Part shown: positions 1 through 11,948 of the stretch, in pieces
Position numbering within the stretch: position 1 is the stretch's first letter
How the letters are laid out: each line of letters starts with the position of its first letter
Assembly: GCA_900088475.1 (NCBI GenBank)
Contig: FLMG01000044.1
Location: forward strand, 1-33,828
DNA from: Hyphochytrium catenoides
Lineage: Eukaryota; Protista; Hyphochytriomycota
Length of the DNA stretch: 33,828 nucleotides
Direction: 5' to 3'
Program-made: the position numbers and the translations under genes
The notes under the pieces: model-generated
The model's database searches: none
Told to the model about the DNA's origin: nothing
What the model saw: the letters and a program-made list of their open reading frames with translations, nothing else

Positions 1-150
1 TGAAAGAGAGAGAGGAAGAGAGAGACAGCGAGAGAGAGAGAGAAAGGGAGTGCGAAAGAGAGAGAGAGAGAAAGGGAGTGCGAAAGAGAGAGAGAGAGAA
101 AGGGAGTGCGAAAGAGAGAGAGAGAAAGGGAGACGAGAGAGAGAGAGAGC
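1..150. repeat. (GA)n microsatellite with ~28-bp higher-order unit (gagagagagagaaagggagtgcgaaaga) in about 3 copies
   Basis: aaagggagtgcgaaagagagagagagag is directly visible three times between ~43 and ~125, followed by a partial copy. Confidence 0.9.
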
Positions 151-388
151 AGGTGATCATCTGTCATGAGACACTCACTCATAGTGCCAGGGAAGTGTAA
201 CGGACGTTGAAGCGGTTTATTTATAAAAACCACAAGAAGTGCTTGATTTACCCAGCCTTTAACCCAGCCTAAACCGGTATATACCAATGTTGCTCTTCTT
301 TATCACTGGGGACACTTGACTTTGATCCCTCAGATCTCCTCCAGAAGAGGATGCTTGGGGGGAATTGAGGGGAGCGGTTTCAGGCATA

Positions 389-670
389 CAGAGAGAGAGA
401 GAGAGAGAGAAAGAGAAAGAGAGAGAAAGAGAGAGAAAGAGAGAGGAAGAGAGAGGGAGAGAGAGAGAGCGAGGGAGACGTAAAGCCAGACGCAGAGAGA
501 GAAAGAGGGTAAGAAGGCTGTGGAGAAGAGAGAAAGCGGATGAAGAAAGAAAGGTGATAATAGAAGGGTGACAAGAACAACCGAGGAAGAGTCAACTCGA
601 GGAGGAAAGCGGGAGAAGAAGAGAGATTGAGAGGAGACGAACACAGGAGAAGAGGAGAAGAGAGACACAG
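389..670. repeat. Purine-rich (GA)n low-complexity tract
   Basis: Nearly pure A/G sequence; the overlapping R/E- and S/L-rich ORFs are translations of the repeat. Confidence 0.85.
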
Positions 671-1042
671 TCTCTGCCTAGAGAATGACTGACGGTCAAA
701 GCGTGGCTGACGTAGTAAGAAGCAGCAGCCACCATCATCATCATCCTAGAAGAGTGTCCAGGGAGAGTGTCCATGGATGGTTTAGGAGGACAACAGTGCT
801 GCCAAGCAGCAAGAGAGCCATGAAACAGCAACGGAAGCAAGAGGAGGAGGACAGCCACTTCAAAAGAAGAGAGAGGAGGCCAGGAGCGGAAAATGGACGA
901 CATAATAGCCAGTTAGCGGTGCCCTTAAGCCGGCCCGCTCTGCTGCTTCTGACCAGCCGCAGATCCCCAGCAGCAACAACAGCAGCAACAAGTCGAAGAA
1001 GTCCTTGTGCTGTACAGCAACCGCCTCGTCGTCCAGGGCTAG

Positions 1043-1088
1043 NNNNNNNNNNNNNNNNNNNNNNNNNNNNNNNNNNNNNNNNNNNNNN
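1043..1088. other. Assembly gap (N run)
   Basis: Run of n characters. Confidence 1.
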
Positions 1089-1484
1089 AAAATAAACCTA
1101 GGGCATCATCATACATTGGCACCGAGACAGCAGAGGCAGAGAGCGACTCACCCGTGAAGAGATGACGCGTCTGCCGTAACTGGAGTGTCCTACGATTGGC
1201 TTCTTCTCCTCCTCAGTCCATTCATCACGCCATCCTCCCCGTTTTCCTGCCAGCACTTACAAAGAGCTTGATAAGAAGGATAAGAAGAGGCGGCCCGCAC
1301 TACTGTTCGTCGCCTGCTACATCCTTACTTATAGCATCCTCCTGATACTAGCAGAAAGGTCTCAGCTTAATCGTGCCCGACGACATAGAGAGCTATGCTG
1401 CAGAAAGGCCCAGAAAGCTCTGCTTCTAGCCCGTGTAGATAAGTACTAGGCCTCCTATCGCAGCCAGCAAAGAACTGGAGAAGA

Positions 1485-2762
1485 ATGGACGAGCATCCTC
1501 AATACTTTGACTGCACCACCTTGCGTCTCTGTCAGCCACTGATTACTTTCCTCAGAGGCGGGCCAGTGTTGGATGACATCGCCAAGAAATCCTTAGTAGA
1601 GGCGCGGACAGAGATAGACAAAGCTCTGCTAAAGCACCATCAAGTGCCATCTTCCACCTCTTCCATTGTAGAAGTCAAGACCAGATCCCTGGGAAAGAGA
1701 TTTCTAGCGCAAGTAACAGCAGGGCCTCCTTTAAATGCCGCAGCGGCTGATCCGTCCTCCGCTGATAATGCTCAGCAGAAATGGGCAACGTATACCTACC
1801 AACTACCGACTCTTGGCGCCGGAGGGCTTGCAAAAGAAGAAGAGGAGGAAGGGCAAGAAGGAGGAGAAACAAGAAGAAGAAGAGAAGCAAGGCGGCGCGA
1901 GCAGGCCTCGTCTTCTCACAGAAGAAAGAAGAGAGTGATGGTGGCTGTTAAGCCTTACACAGAGTTCAGTGAGGAAGAGAGCAACTTGACCGTCATGGAA
2001 TGGATCCTTGGGAGACGGTTCTTTGAGTGGTGGTGGCGCTGGAAGAGGTGCTGGTCCCCGATCGGGTGGACTTTCTTTGTCGGCGTCATCTCCTCCTGCA
2101 TATCCTATCTTTCTCTGGGGCTCACAGAGGCGCAGAATTCTAAGATGATGTTTGGCTGTTCCATCGCGCTTCTTTGGTTTATGCTTCGCTATGCCTCTAT
2201 TTCCAATCTCTCTCTCTTGGTTTGCTCGCTAACGACGTTTGAGGGGTCCGTCTTTTGTCTAGAGCTCTTCCTGTTTGGAGTTTCTCTCTCTCTTGTCTTC
2301 TGCTCCACCCTTTCTGGGATTTTGTTTGGCTTCTTCTCCTTCTCTGCAATTGGTATTACTTTTCTCACCTACGACACAATGGGGAGCTCACTGAGGAAGG
2401 ACATGAGAAGCACGTATGCCGTCTGGTGCCTCTTCTTCGCTGTCATTCTAGCTCTTCTCTACCTCAGAGTGCCGCCCCAGATGTGCTCCTATCGATTCGA
2501 TATCAGCAGGGCAGAGCTCGTAGAGGACAAACAGGGCAGGTGGTTGCCACTTAGCATGTCAGTGGTAGAGTTTTGTCTGAATCGCGGATTTACTATGATG
2601 GTTCTCATATTAAGGACGACGTACTTAGCGCTGAAGCATCCTGAAGACTGTGCCGTTATCAGGAGCAGAGTGCGGATCATGGAGATCATCAGCCATCCTG
2701 CAGGTGCTACTCAGCTGGAAGCTGGTCGAGAGAGAAAACGAGAAAAAAGAGACAGGGGATGA
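1485..2762 (+). CDS. Intronless hypothetical multi-pass membrane protein (425 aa)
   Basis: Long ATG-initiated ORF ending in TGA. Soluble N-terminal half with a charged E/R linker, then about 6-7 hydrophobic segments (e.g. PIGWTFFVGVISSCISYLSL, MMFGCSIALLWFML, YAVWCLFFAVILALLYL). Family not recognised. Confidence 0.75.
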   Translation: MDEHPQYFDCTTLRLCQPLITFLRGGPVLDDIAKKSLVEARTEIDKALLKHHQVPSSTSSIVEVKTRSLGKRFLAQVTAGPPLNAAAADPSSADNAQQKWATYTYQLPTLGAGGLAKEEEEEGQEGGETRRRREARRREQASSSHRRKKRVMVAVKPYTEFSEEESNLTVMEWILGRRFFEWWWRWKRCWSPIGWTFFVGVISSCISYLSLGLTEAQNSKMMFGCSIALLWFMLRYASISNLSLLVCSLTTFEGSVFCLELFLFGVSLSLVFCSTLSGILFGFFSFSAIGITFLTYDTMGSSLRKDMRSTYAVWCLFFAVILALLYLRVPPQMCSYRFDISRAELVEDKQGRWLPLSMSVVEFCLNRGFTMMVLILRTTYLALKHPEDCAVIRSRVRIMEIISHPAGATQLEAGRERKREKRDRG

Positions 2763-4447
2763 GAGGGAAAAATCCAAGCTACTATGGAGGAGAAACGGAA
2801 GTGATATTTTTCTTTATAGAGGATGATGGAGATTCGGAGCTGACTTGCAGCGCGAGGTCGAGATGCTTCGGATGACTGCTGATTTGAGACTCATACTTTC
2901 CTTATAATCTTTATATTATTATCTTTAGCGTTAGGGACTTAGTCCTTTCTTCAGCAGCTATCGTCATGTGCCAGGACGGGCAGTGCCTGCAGACACTCTT
3001 CCTTTGCGCATAAATAAAGGTGGACTGGGAGAAGGGAAAGCGGAGTGTAGCCTGTATAACTGGGCAGCAACACCATGGCATTGGAGGCAAGGCGAGGGTA
3101 AGTAGAAGGCATTGAGGATGTGCACCAGGATCAGTTTGTTCTCCAACCATGGGAATGCGGGTGGCCACTATCAGGTTTCTGGTGCGAAGTAAATGCTTCT
3201 TCTTCTTCGCCACTGTAACTTTTGGTCTACACGGAAAGCATGGGAGAAGCTTGCCGGTAGTCGGTAGGGCGGTCTTATAACTCTTCTTTTGTTCTCTCTC
3301 CCCTCGCTCTATTGCGTTTCGGCCCAAGCTTCTTTCTTTCTAAAAGGTGGCTTCTTCAACGGGTATCCCAATACCGCAGATAAAGTTATTTCCCGGTTAG
3401 CGGGCAGGAAGGTTGAGGCGGGCTGACACCTTGAAAGAGGTTATGGATGCAGTCAACAGCTTCATTACCTGATTATAAGCAAGGACAGAACAGCGCACTG
3501 CCTTCACTATAGGCAGCGGAGGACAGCCGGGGAAACGACGTTACTTGCCGTGAGCCTCACCGTTCGAACCACTGGCAGACCACTCTTGTTCACAAGGGAA
3601 TAGGGTTGGCCAGTCGCCATCATCCATACAATGTATGTACCTGCCATACACCATCCTGGCGCTTAGCTAGGGAACTACCCTCCGAAGCTGCTAGCAACAG
3701 TCTGTTATGGCTGAGATGTATTAAAGCCCCAGTCTAAAGCGCGACAACAGCAATAGGCACCGACTCGATCTTGAACAAAGCACAACTAACTCAGGTGGTA
3801 CTCAACTCTCCAGGTAAGTAAGATAGCGGGAACCACATGCAATCAATAGCCCTTTCGGCCTCTTCTACAGCTTCGTCTCCAGATCGAGAGAGCTTCAGAT
3901 CGACTCGGCCTCTCTCCTCCAGAAGGCAATCATCTGACAGAGCTCAGAGGCCATCAGGGGCCAGAGCTCCAGAGATTCTCCACCACCAACCAGCCGCCCA
4001 TCCAATCCATTCCAACACTTGTTTGGAAATAGCCATTTCTCCCAGTCCGACTCTACCAGGCTCACATAGATTCTGCCATGGGCTAGAAGGAACATGGTCG
4101 GAGGACTATGGGACAAATTGGGATACAGAGCGCTTTATGGAATATTTAGCATCAAGTTCTAAATATGGCAGTGATTAGCCTAAGCAGCTCCGCCAATCAT
4201 GGACAGCTAAATAGTGAGGTGTCCAATAGGAAAGCCCAGTTACCATTAGGTCGTCTCCTATTGGCCAAGAGCATGATCACAAAATCATTGCGCAGATCAG
4301 GTCACTAAAGATCTTGTCTGTGATGATGGCGATGCGTCCATTGTCCTTGAATATCCATACATTTTATATGCAATGAAGCTTAAGAGTGTGCCTCTCTCTG
4401 CAGCTCCGGCCAGAGCGAGGGAACTAAAGGTCGCAGGACATGGCGCG

Positions 4448-4515
4448 TTCTCTCTCTCTCTCTCTTTCGTTCTCTTGGATCTCTCTCTCTCGCACACGTT
4501 TCTCTCCGTCTCTCC
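4448..4515. repeat. (CT)n microsatellite
   Basis: Interrupted tctctctc runs. Confidence 0.8.
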
Positions 4516-4913
4516 TTTTGCGGGCCGTAGGGGTCTTTCCTCTCTGTTTCGTCTGAATAGGGTCAGCGACCTTAGTGTGACGTGCTCATGACGACCGGTC
4601 TCTCTACGGTGGCGAAGTCTCAGACAGAGGTGCACAAAGAACTGAGTGATCTCCAGTTCAGTCCATAGCCCTTCGACCCCTGCGGCTGGCGGCTTCCTCT
4701 CTCCCTCTCTCTCTCATTCTCTTTGGCTTCTTCCTTGTCCCAACCCACCCGAAGCTAGACCTCCGTGTCCCCGATAACTGGCTGTTGCCGGGCTATTCTC
4801 TCTCTGCTCCATGAAAATATTCTGTTGCTTCCTTCTTGTTTGTAAATAACATATTACATCGTAATGTACAATCTATATATACCTTTTTCTATTCTTCAGT
4901 CACATCGCATTTG

Positions 4914-7340
4914 TTAGAACGCCAGTTGCGGGGGAGAGACGGCGGGAGGTTGCCCTCTTCTCTCTTCGCCGATGAGAAAGAGAGCCTGAAGTGTGCTCTC
5001 GGTTACTCTGCTAAACACTTGGTTCTGCTCCTGCATCCGCAGGGCAAGCTTCAGCCTGTCCATAGCACACTCGGCTCGCAGGATGGGGTGGTTGGAAGCT
5101 TGAGGGAGATGACGTATAGGAGAGAGTGGAAACAAGAGGCATACAGAAAGGAGGACACACAGAAAGCGCCGTCAGCATACGTAAGCATAGACTAAGACAT
5201 AACACCTCAGGCTCGCTAGGTCTCTACCCTCACAACGACTCGCAACAAATATCCAGAGCAGGTATCTTGAAGTGGAGATAGCGTGAGAAGTTGGAAACGA
5301 CAAAATCGTAATGAAGAGGAGAAGCAATGGTTGCAGCATCACTGGAGGAGATGTAGACACAGGGAATAAACATGGAGGCAATAGGCGTAGATTCACTCCC
5401 ACAAAGCAGGTAACATGCCGGCTGTTCCCTTCACTCCGTCAACTCTTTTTCCCTCCATTACCGTCTATGGAGAGATTCCGTAGTACCAGGCAGGCCCTGC
5501 TGAGTAGGGCAGGATGCTCTGTGTAGCGATCCATTGCCCTTAGCAGGAGCCTTATGGTGCCGGGCTGGATGGGCCGACCGCAATCACCCGGAACCACCAG
5601 ATTTACAAGCGCGCAAAGTGCCCGAAGGTGCACCTCAAAGTGCGTTGGGAAGGATTGCATAGCGCTTAGAATCAACTCAACTCCGCCCTAGAAGTTGAGA
5701 GATCAGTTAGTAGAGTGTTCGCTTGTTGTTACGTTGCACCTCATCCTGCTTCCCCACCGTATTATTCCTCATCTAGACTGTTCCTTTGCAGACATCACAT
5801 TTAGCTGAAAAGGAAAAGTGGTACCGCATCCCGCCACTCCGGTTGATCTGCTATTACAGCTAATCTAACAACAGCTGCATCGCCTGACTCCTTTCCCTTA
5901 CCAAGTCTATTATCTTCTCTTTCGACTTGGAGACCAGGGCGATATTAACGAGGGACCAGGCCGCAACCGACTGCAGCAGGGGGCTTTGGGTGTGCGTCCT
6001 CATAATATTTAAAACAGTCTCCACACCGCCCGCTAACAGGTAAAGAGTGAGATTAGAGCAATCGCGTACCAAGTAAGCTTGAGCGAGCGGAAAGCCCCTT
6101 CTTAAAAGGGCAGTACGTAATGATTGATTGTGTATAGCCAACCGGAGCCAATTTGGGGAGACAGAGGAGTCATTACCTTCTCCCAGAAGCTGGGAATTCC
6201 GTGTCGACTCGCAGCTTCCCCTAAACGTTTCCCCTTCCGTTCCTCCGAGCGGTCGAGAAAGAGTGATGATGGCGGTCAAGCCTTTAAGTGTGATATCCTC
6301 ATACCCCTGACATTTGAGGTGTTAACTCTGCAATCCCTTCAAACAGAGAGCAATGTCTGTCTCTTGATCTCTCTCCCATAAGGTGAAAATGGCAATACAT
6401 GGTCTAAAAGTTCCCGCACTTCCAACTCCCGTCGGATTGAACCCTCCGTCCTCTCGTCTTGGCGATCCCTTAGGCAAATGCTCTCCATCTCGTTCTTGAG
6501 AAGATTATCCATTCTCTCTAGAGTTACTTCCTCTCTCTTCACACGCTCTGCCAGTAAGCCTTAGGCGCCATGCCTTACCTTGTAGGCGTCTAGTACTTTC
6601 AGAAGATGCGGTATCCCTCCGCAGTCTCCAAAGAGCGATCTCTCGCGCTCCCTTTCTGCCAAAGTACTCAAACGCTCAAAGCAAAGTCCCTAATTGAAGC
6701 GGTAGCGAGGTGATTCAACATTGAAGAGCGAAAGAGGGGATAGAAGAGGTAACAGAATGTGCTAGCAGCTAAACAAGCAAGCAGGATGGAATGTGCGACG
6801 TCTTAGCGTCTGGTCTAGGCGTAACTACGTGTGGAGGAGGACTTGACGGAGAGGGAACTTGCGGGAGAAGAAGAGAATTCAGAGGAAAGCGAGAGAAAGG
6901 AGCAAAGAGAGGACAACAGACGGCAATCTGCCTCTGGAGCGTACCACTAAACCTGCCACGGAGTCGAAAGAACTCAGGATGGAGACCACGTCAGCAGGAG
7001 ACGGGTTCTTCAACACTTCTCTGGCGGTACAGAAGTGACGGTACAGCTCTCGACAAGACCTCAATTTCCTACCATCTCGCTGTAGGCGCCACGGAGCGTC
7101 AATACACAGACGAAACCATAGATTCTCATTCCGAGAATAGGCCAGAAAGAACCGCCGACAGAGAGGCATCTCTAACAACTGCACTATCTCTAGCGGGTCC
7201 AACCAGGAGAGGATGTACTGCATGACGTCGATGGAGAGAATGCTTAGCAAATCGTGCCGTTCTGCTTCCCTTGACGGACTGGACGACGGGAACTGCCCTA
7301 TGAGGCGGCGGGACCGCCTCCACCCGGAGAGCAGGAGCAT
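4914..7340 (-). CDS. F-box plus armadillo-repeat protein, ~392 aa, 6 exons (7340-6945, 6689-6579, 6306-6177, 6032-5902, 5687-5462, 5098-4914)
   Basis: N-terminal F-box-like LLSILSIDVMQYILSWLDPLEIVQLLEMPLCRRF...ENLWFRLC. Then ARM-like repeats GGIPHLLKVLDAY, GGVETVLNIMRTH...LQSVAAWSLVNIA, GGVELILSAMQSF...HLRALCALVNLV, LLSRACLVLRNLS. All five introns are GT-AG and the exons sum to 1179 nt in frame. Start codon uncertain. Confidence 0.8.
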
Positions 7341-7969
7341 CCCAGTTGCGGGAGAGAGGAGCAGTTGACTAATAGACAGGGGACCTACTTGACAGGAAGA
7401 GAGACAGAGAGAGAGAGAAAGGGAGACAAGAGGAAGACAGGTAATGGTCTCTCTTTCGCTCTTCCGCTTCCGGTTCTCTCGTGACGGCAGCGCGGTCGTT
7501 GTGTAAGGAAGAGCGGCGGCTTTCTATGTAAGAGGATGGCCAGTGTCGCGCTGCTATCAGTAAGTATGGTACACTTTGATGGGAAGAGCAGCCTCCAAAG
7601 AGAGTGAGAGACAGCCTTTCTCTTCCTGGTCCGATGTCGCGTTTGACTCTGTCTCAAGACTAGACGAGTCCTTTACATAATCGTCCTCCAACTATTGGGA
7701 AGAGAGAAATGGCAGGGACAGGTGAAGGAGACCAAGAGCTGAGCGGGAAATGTGCGAAGGTCGAAGCAGCGAGACACCAAGCGACAGAGGGCGAGGGAAG
7801 CGGAGAGAGAGAGAGCGGAATCATTGAGTGCAGACAGACCAAAGTCATTAGAAGAGGGAAAGATAACGGCGTCAGAAAGCGAGAGAGAAAAAGACCAAAG
7901 ATGGAGACGATGAAGGAGGAGGCGAGAGATGAAGGACAGGAAAGAGACAGTAGGATGCCCAGAAAGAGG

Positions 7970-8106
7970 CAAGGAGAGGAAGGGAGAGACAGAGAGAGAG
8001 CGAGAAAAAGAGAGAGAGACAGAGCGAGAAAGAGAGGAGAGAGTGAGAGAGAGAAAGAAAGAGGAGGAAGAGACGAGAGAGTGGAGAGAGAGAGAGAGAG
8101 AGAGGG
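7970..8106. repeat. (GA)n microsatellite upstream of the F-box/ARM gene
   Basis: Imperfect gagagaga tract. Confidence 0.85.
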
Positions 8107-9195
8107 AGCGCGTGGGAGGGAAAGAAAGCGTAGACCTGAACTCTTGCGAATCGCTGCTTCCAAACCAACCTGCTTGATGCCCCTCCTGTTACTGATAAAG
8201 CCAATATAACCCTTATTCCTCCAGAATCGGTCTGACCAAGAACCCAAGTTTCTACATCAAGGTACCCGGACTATATAAAAGGGTTTCGGAGATATATTGC
8301 CGTGGCGCAGCAATAATCCCTTGGCAAATCCGCTATTTTATACTTCTATTATAACTTGGTTAGCTTTATTGAAGAAGAGCTCCATTACAAAGGCCTATAT
8401 TTATTGACTAGCCAAGGACAAGACCCACAAACCCACAATACACAAGTCTGAACCCTAATCGTCTAGTAATCACTTCTGCTATCTTCAGCAGATCAATCTC
8501 TGGTATTCCCGCCAGTTTTGAACTGCAATGCAAAGAGAGCGAGACCAGTGCGAACACCTAACAAAGAGCTGAGGGGGGAGAACTATGGGAGGAGGGCGCA
8601 GCGACGGCACCTTGTTAACAACTCGGCATTGAGTTCGTTTCCATGTTTTGCAGGTCGTGTATAGTACAAGTAGAACTGTGAAGGATAAGCAGTCCAGCCT
8701 GGGGTCAATGAAGTCATAAAGCACAATGGATGCTATAGCACAAGTGCAGATTCTTCAATAATTGAGACCACCACTGTCAGCAGAGAAGCACCAGGCTACA
8801 AGCGAAGAAGTCTGTCATTCATATCTCCATCTACGCTTAACAAAGCGGTATCTCAAGCCTAGATGATGCAGGACGACTCCATGTCAAACAAAGAGCGGTA
8901 CAGAGGCTTCGGGGCTGCTATTAGCATGCTTTATAACAAGAAGCTAGAGAATAATAATTAGAAGCATAGAATAAGAACTCAAAAAGAGCAAGACGGCAGA
9001 TTGGAAACTAGTAGTAGTAGGAGCGGAGAAAACTGCCGCAAAAGAGGCAGTCATGTTAGGGAATTACAGAGAAAAGGATTAGGAGGGTTAGATCGAAAGG
9101 GGAGGGAGATTTTAGAAGAAGAGGCAAGCACGCAATAGTAGGCAATCCTCTATAAGGAGAAAGCACAATCCGCGCCACAGATGATAAGCAGCTTG

Positions 9196-10887
9196 CTATT
9201 GCATGCCACCCCCGAAGTTGAACATTTGCTGTTGGCCTTGGAAGTTTGGTTGCACGCCAGCCCCAAAGTTGAATTGCCCCGTGCTGCTGTCCACCGCAGG
9301 GGCGATCGACGTGTCCTCCTCCTCTTCTACACCAAAGAAGTCCTGAATGATCTTCACTACCTTCTCATAGATGTCTGCATTGCTATGGTTCTGCAGCTCC
9401 TCCAGCTTGTTAAGACCGCCGGCCTCATCTACATAGGTTGCCCATTCGCTAATGCCGCCATCAGGGCACTCCTTAGCCCCAATCTTCAGAATATTCTCCA
9501 GTCCTTCAAGTGCCACAGTGATGATCTTCGGGTCATTGACTGATAAGAGATCGCAGAGAGGTTTGATGCAACCCTGGTGCACTAGGTACTTGATCTGCTG
9601 CGGAGTACCGCTGGATGTCGCGTTGGAGATGGCCCAGGCAGCTTCCTTCTTGATATCAAATTCAGCGGTGCTTAGCAAAGCGATAAGAGGAGGAATAATG
9701 TTGGCATCAATGACTGCTTGGATTTGATCCTTATTCCCAGCAGTGATGTTGGATATTGTCCAGCAAGCTTCCTTTCTGATGCCTTTCTTTGCGCTGCCCA
9801 GGAGGGAGAGGAGGCTAGGTAGGCAGCCATAGTTGATCATTATCTGAGTCTGCTCGTCGTTGCCTGTAACAATGTTTCCAATGGTACGCAGCGCTGGTGT
9901 CTGCACGCTTGGAGACGGCGCCATGAGAAGGTGAACAAGTCTACCACCTACGCCGGCCTCCAAGACGGCCTGAATCTGTTCGTTGTTGCCATCCGAGAGG
10001 TAAGAAAGGGCCCAGCATGCATCTGTTAGGACTTCCTCGTCCTGAGTATGGATAAGATGAGAAAGAGTCTGCAGAGAAGGGCTAACCAGCTCGAAAGGAG
10101 GATGTGGCTTCCCCCTGCAAAGATTAGAGAGAGTCCAGGTTGCATTTCTCATCATTGAAAGCTTCGCATGCTGGTTGAGCTGCTGGAGCAGTGGCACCAA
10201 AGCGCCAGCTTGGAGGACGATGTTCCTGCATTCTGCAGAGTCGCCAGCAATATTGCCAAGAGCCCAGACGGCCTGCTCTCTCACATCTTCGCTTGGAGAC
10301 ATGAGCAGCTTGCAGAAGCGCGGTACGGCACCCTTCTCAATGACCACACGAGTATGTGCGGAGGTACCAGACGCAATGTTGGTCAGAGCCCATGCAGCTT
10401 CAAATTGCAGCAGAGGCTTGTCATCGCATTCCAGAAACTCTACAAAGCGGGGAACTACTCCTGCGTCAATGACTTGCTGGATAGGTGGGTTTCTTTCAAT
10501 CGAAAGAAGCTTCCTGAACTGCATTGTAGCCTCATACTGGACCTTAGGATCCATAGAGTTCACCCCCATTACCATGGCGGGAAGATTCTCCAGTTTTTCC
10601 ATCACAGAGGAGTCATACCGGGCAAAATCCTGGCCCATTCCACCTGCTGCACCAGCATCTCCGCCTCCAACGGCCGCAGTACGGCGGCGTTGATTCAGCC
10701 TTTCCTCCTTCTTGGCTTTTCTGATCTGAACAGATGTCTCCTCTCTTCGCCTACGCGCGTCTGCCTCATCTATGACCTGTACGGCATAGTCGTCAATACA
10801 GCACCTGCTCGACATGACGAACCTCGTAAATGAGTGCATCTATACCTTCTTGAACTGCTGCTGCCGAATTCTTGCCTTATCAGCCAT
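9196..10887 (-). CDS. KPNA: Importin subunit alpha (karyopherin alpha), ~540 aa, 2 exons (10887-10846, 10776-9196)
   Basis: IBB domain ([26 protein letters not shown]), ARM repeats ([52 protein letters not shown]) and the C-terminal [12 protein letters not shown]...[10 protein letters not shown]. Exon 1 [14 protein letters not shown] joins in frame through a 69-nt GT-AG intron (10845-10777). Confidence 0.97.
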
Positions 10888-11039
10888 GATTTCGCAGTAA
10901 CAAGCTAGCGGTAAGCTTCTAACGTCCCCTAGTGATGAAAAAGGCAGTCCTTTCGTTAGAACAAGAAAACTCACCTTCAAGATTCTCATCAATAGCAGAA
11001 GGAATGGCTTTTCTACAAGTCCATCCCCACTCACCTTAC

Positions 11040-11940
11040 AAAGCTATTCCTCTTAGAAGATAGCTGCAGTAGTCTCACAGCGGCCCCCAAATTCCCCGAT
11101 AAGATCCAGTTTAGCGTCTCAAACACGGGTTCGGGCTCAGCCTTCCACTCCAGACGTTTACACAGAGAACGGAGATCCGAATTTCGTGCTCCAGCGGCAC
11201 CCAAAGCGGGCGGCGCAGAACCCACTACAAGTTTAGTGTTGTATTGTCAAGGAGGAAGGGGGGGTTAACCACAAACCTCACGTATTACTACACCATGCAC
11301 TCAGAGTAAAAGAGCGATATTAGTTACTACGAGAAGGGTCTATTATTGGTGGGATGTGAGGTCGAAGAGAAACTTTCTGGAAAAGATACAATAATACGAC
11401 CCCAAATGCTGAGTTATAGCACTCTTAATAGCTTGAGCGCGGCAAGTAATGGTACGGTTCTGTTCTCTGGACCATGGCATGGGACAATGGAACTTAAAGA
11501 CCCTTCTCGGGCTACTGACTATCTGTTAGAACCCGTGTCAGAATGTCACGAGGGGCTTTAAAGGAAGGCGTGTGTCGGTTAACGGGTTTTTGTCGTTTGA
11601 GCGAATCGGAATCAAATTGATTACTGATAGTCGATATGATCAAAGTGATTCTAACTGGTGATAGATTTTTCGGAGATATCGCCGCATCAAAAAAGTTGGC
11701 AAAACCTGGGCGGCAAAGCACTGTGGAGGATCATAAGAAGCGCATTGAAATGTCCATTATCAGATCATCGGGAGTCATGCCTTGTACAGGTCAATCGTCT
11801 GGATCATTATACACTGAAGCAAATGAGGAGCATCAAGGAAAGCTAGTAATATCAAAGCTGAGACGTTAGCCCTAAGAAGTAAGACAACATTGCCAGTCCA
11901 ACTCTGTCAAGGTTGGGGGGCCGCCGGTGTGCCTACTACG
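11040..11940. promoter_or_regulatory. Divergent intergenic/promoter region between importin alpha and LETMD1-like genes
   Basis: Inferred from head-to-head orientation only; no specific element identified. Confidence 0.4.
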
Positions 11941-11948
11941 AGGGCAGC

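Noticed and set aside
2911-4178. ORFs 2911-3327 (-) and 3837-4178 (+) as genes or transposon proteins
   Set aside because: No recognisable motif or consistent splice model; cannot be supported without a search.
7660-8247. R/E-rich and S/L-rich ORFs (also at 330-668 and 26479-27209)
   Set aside because: Translations of GA/CT microsatellites.
9181-10833. Long plus-strand ORFs (e.g. 221 aa, 172 aa) opposite importin alpha
   Set aside because: Antisense shadows of a codon-biased conserved gene; no recognisable motifs.
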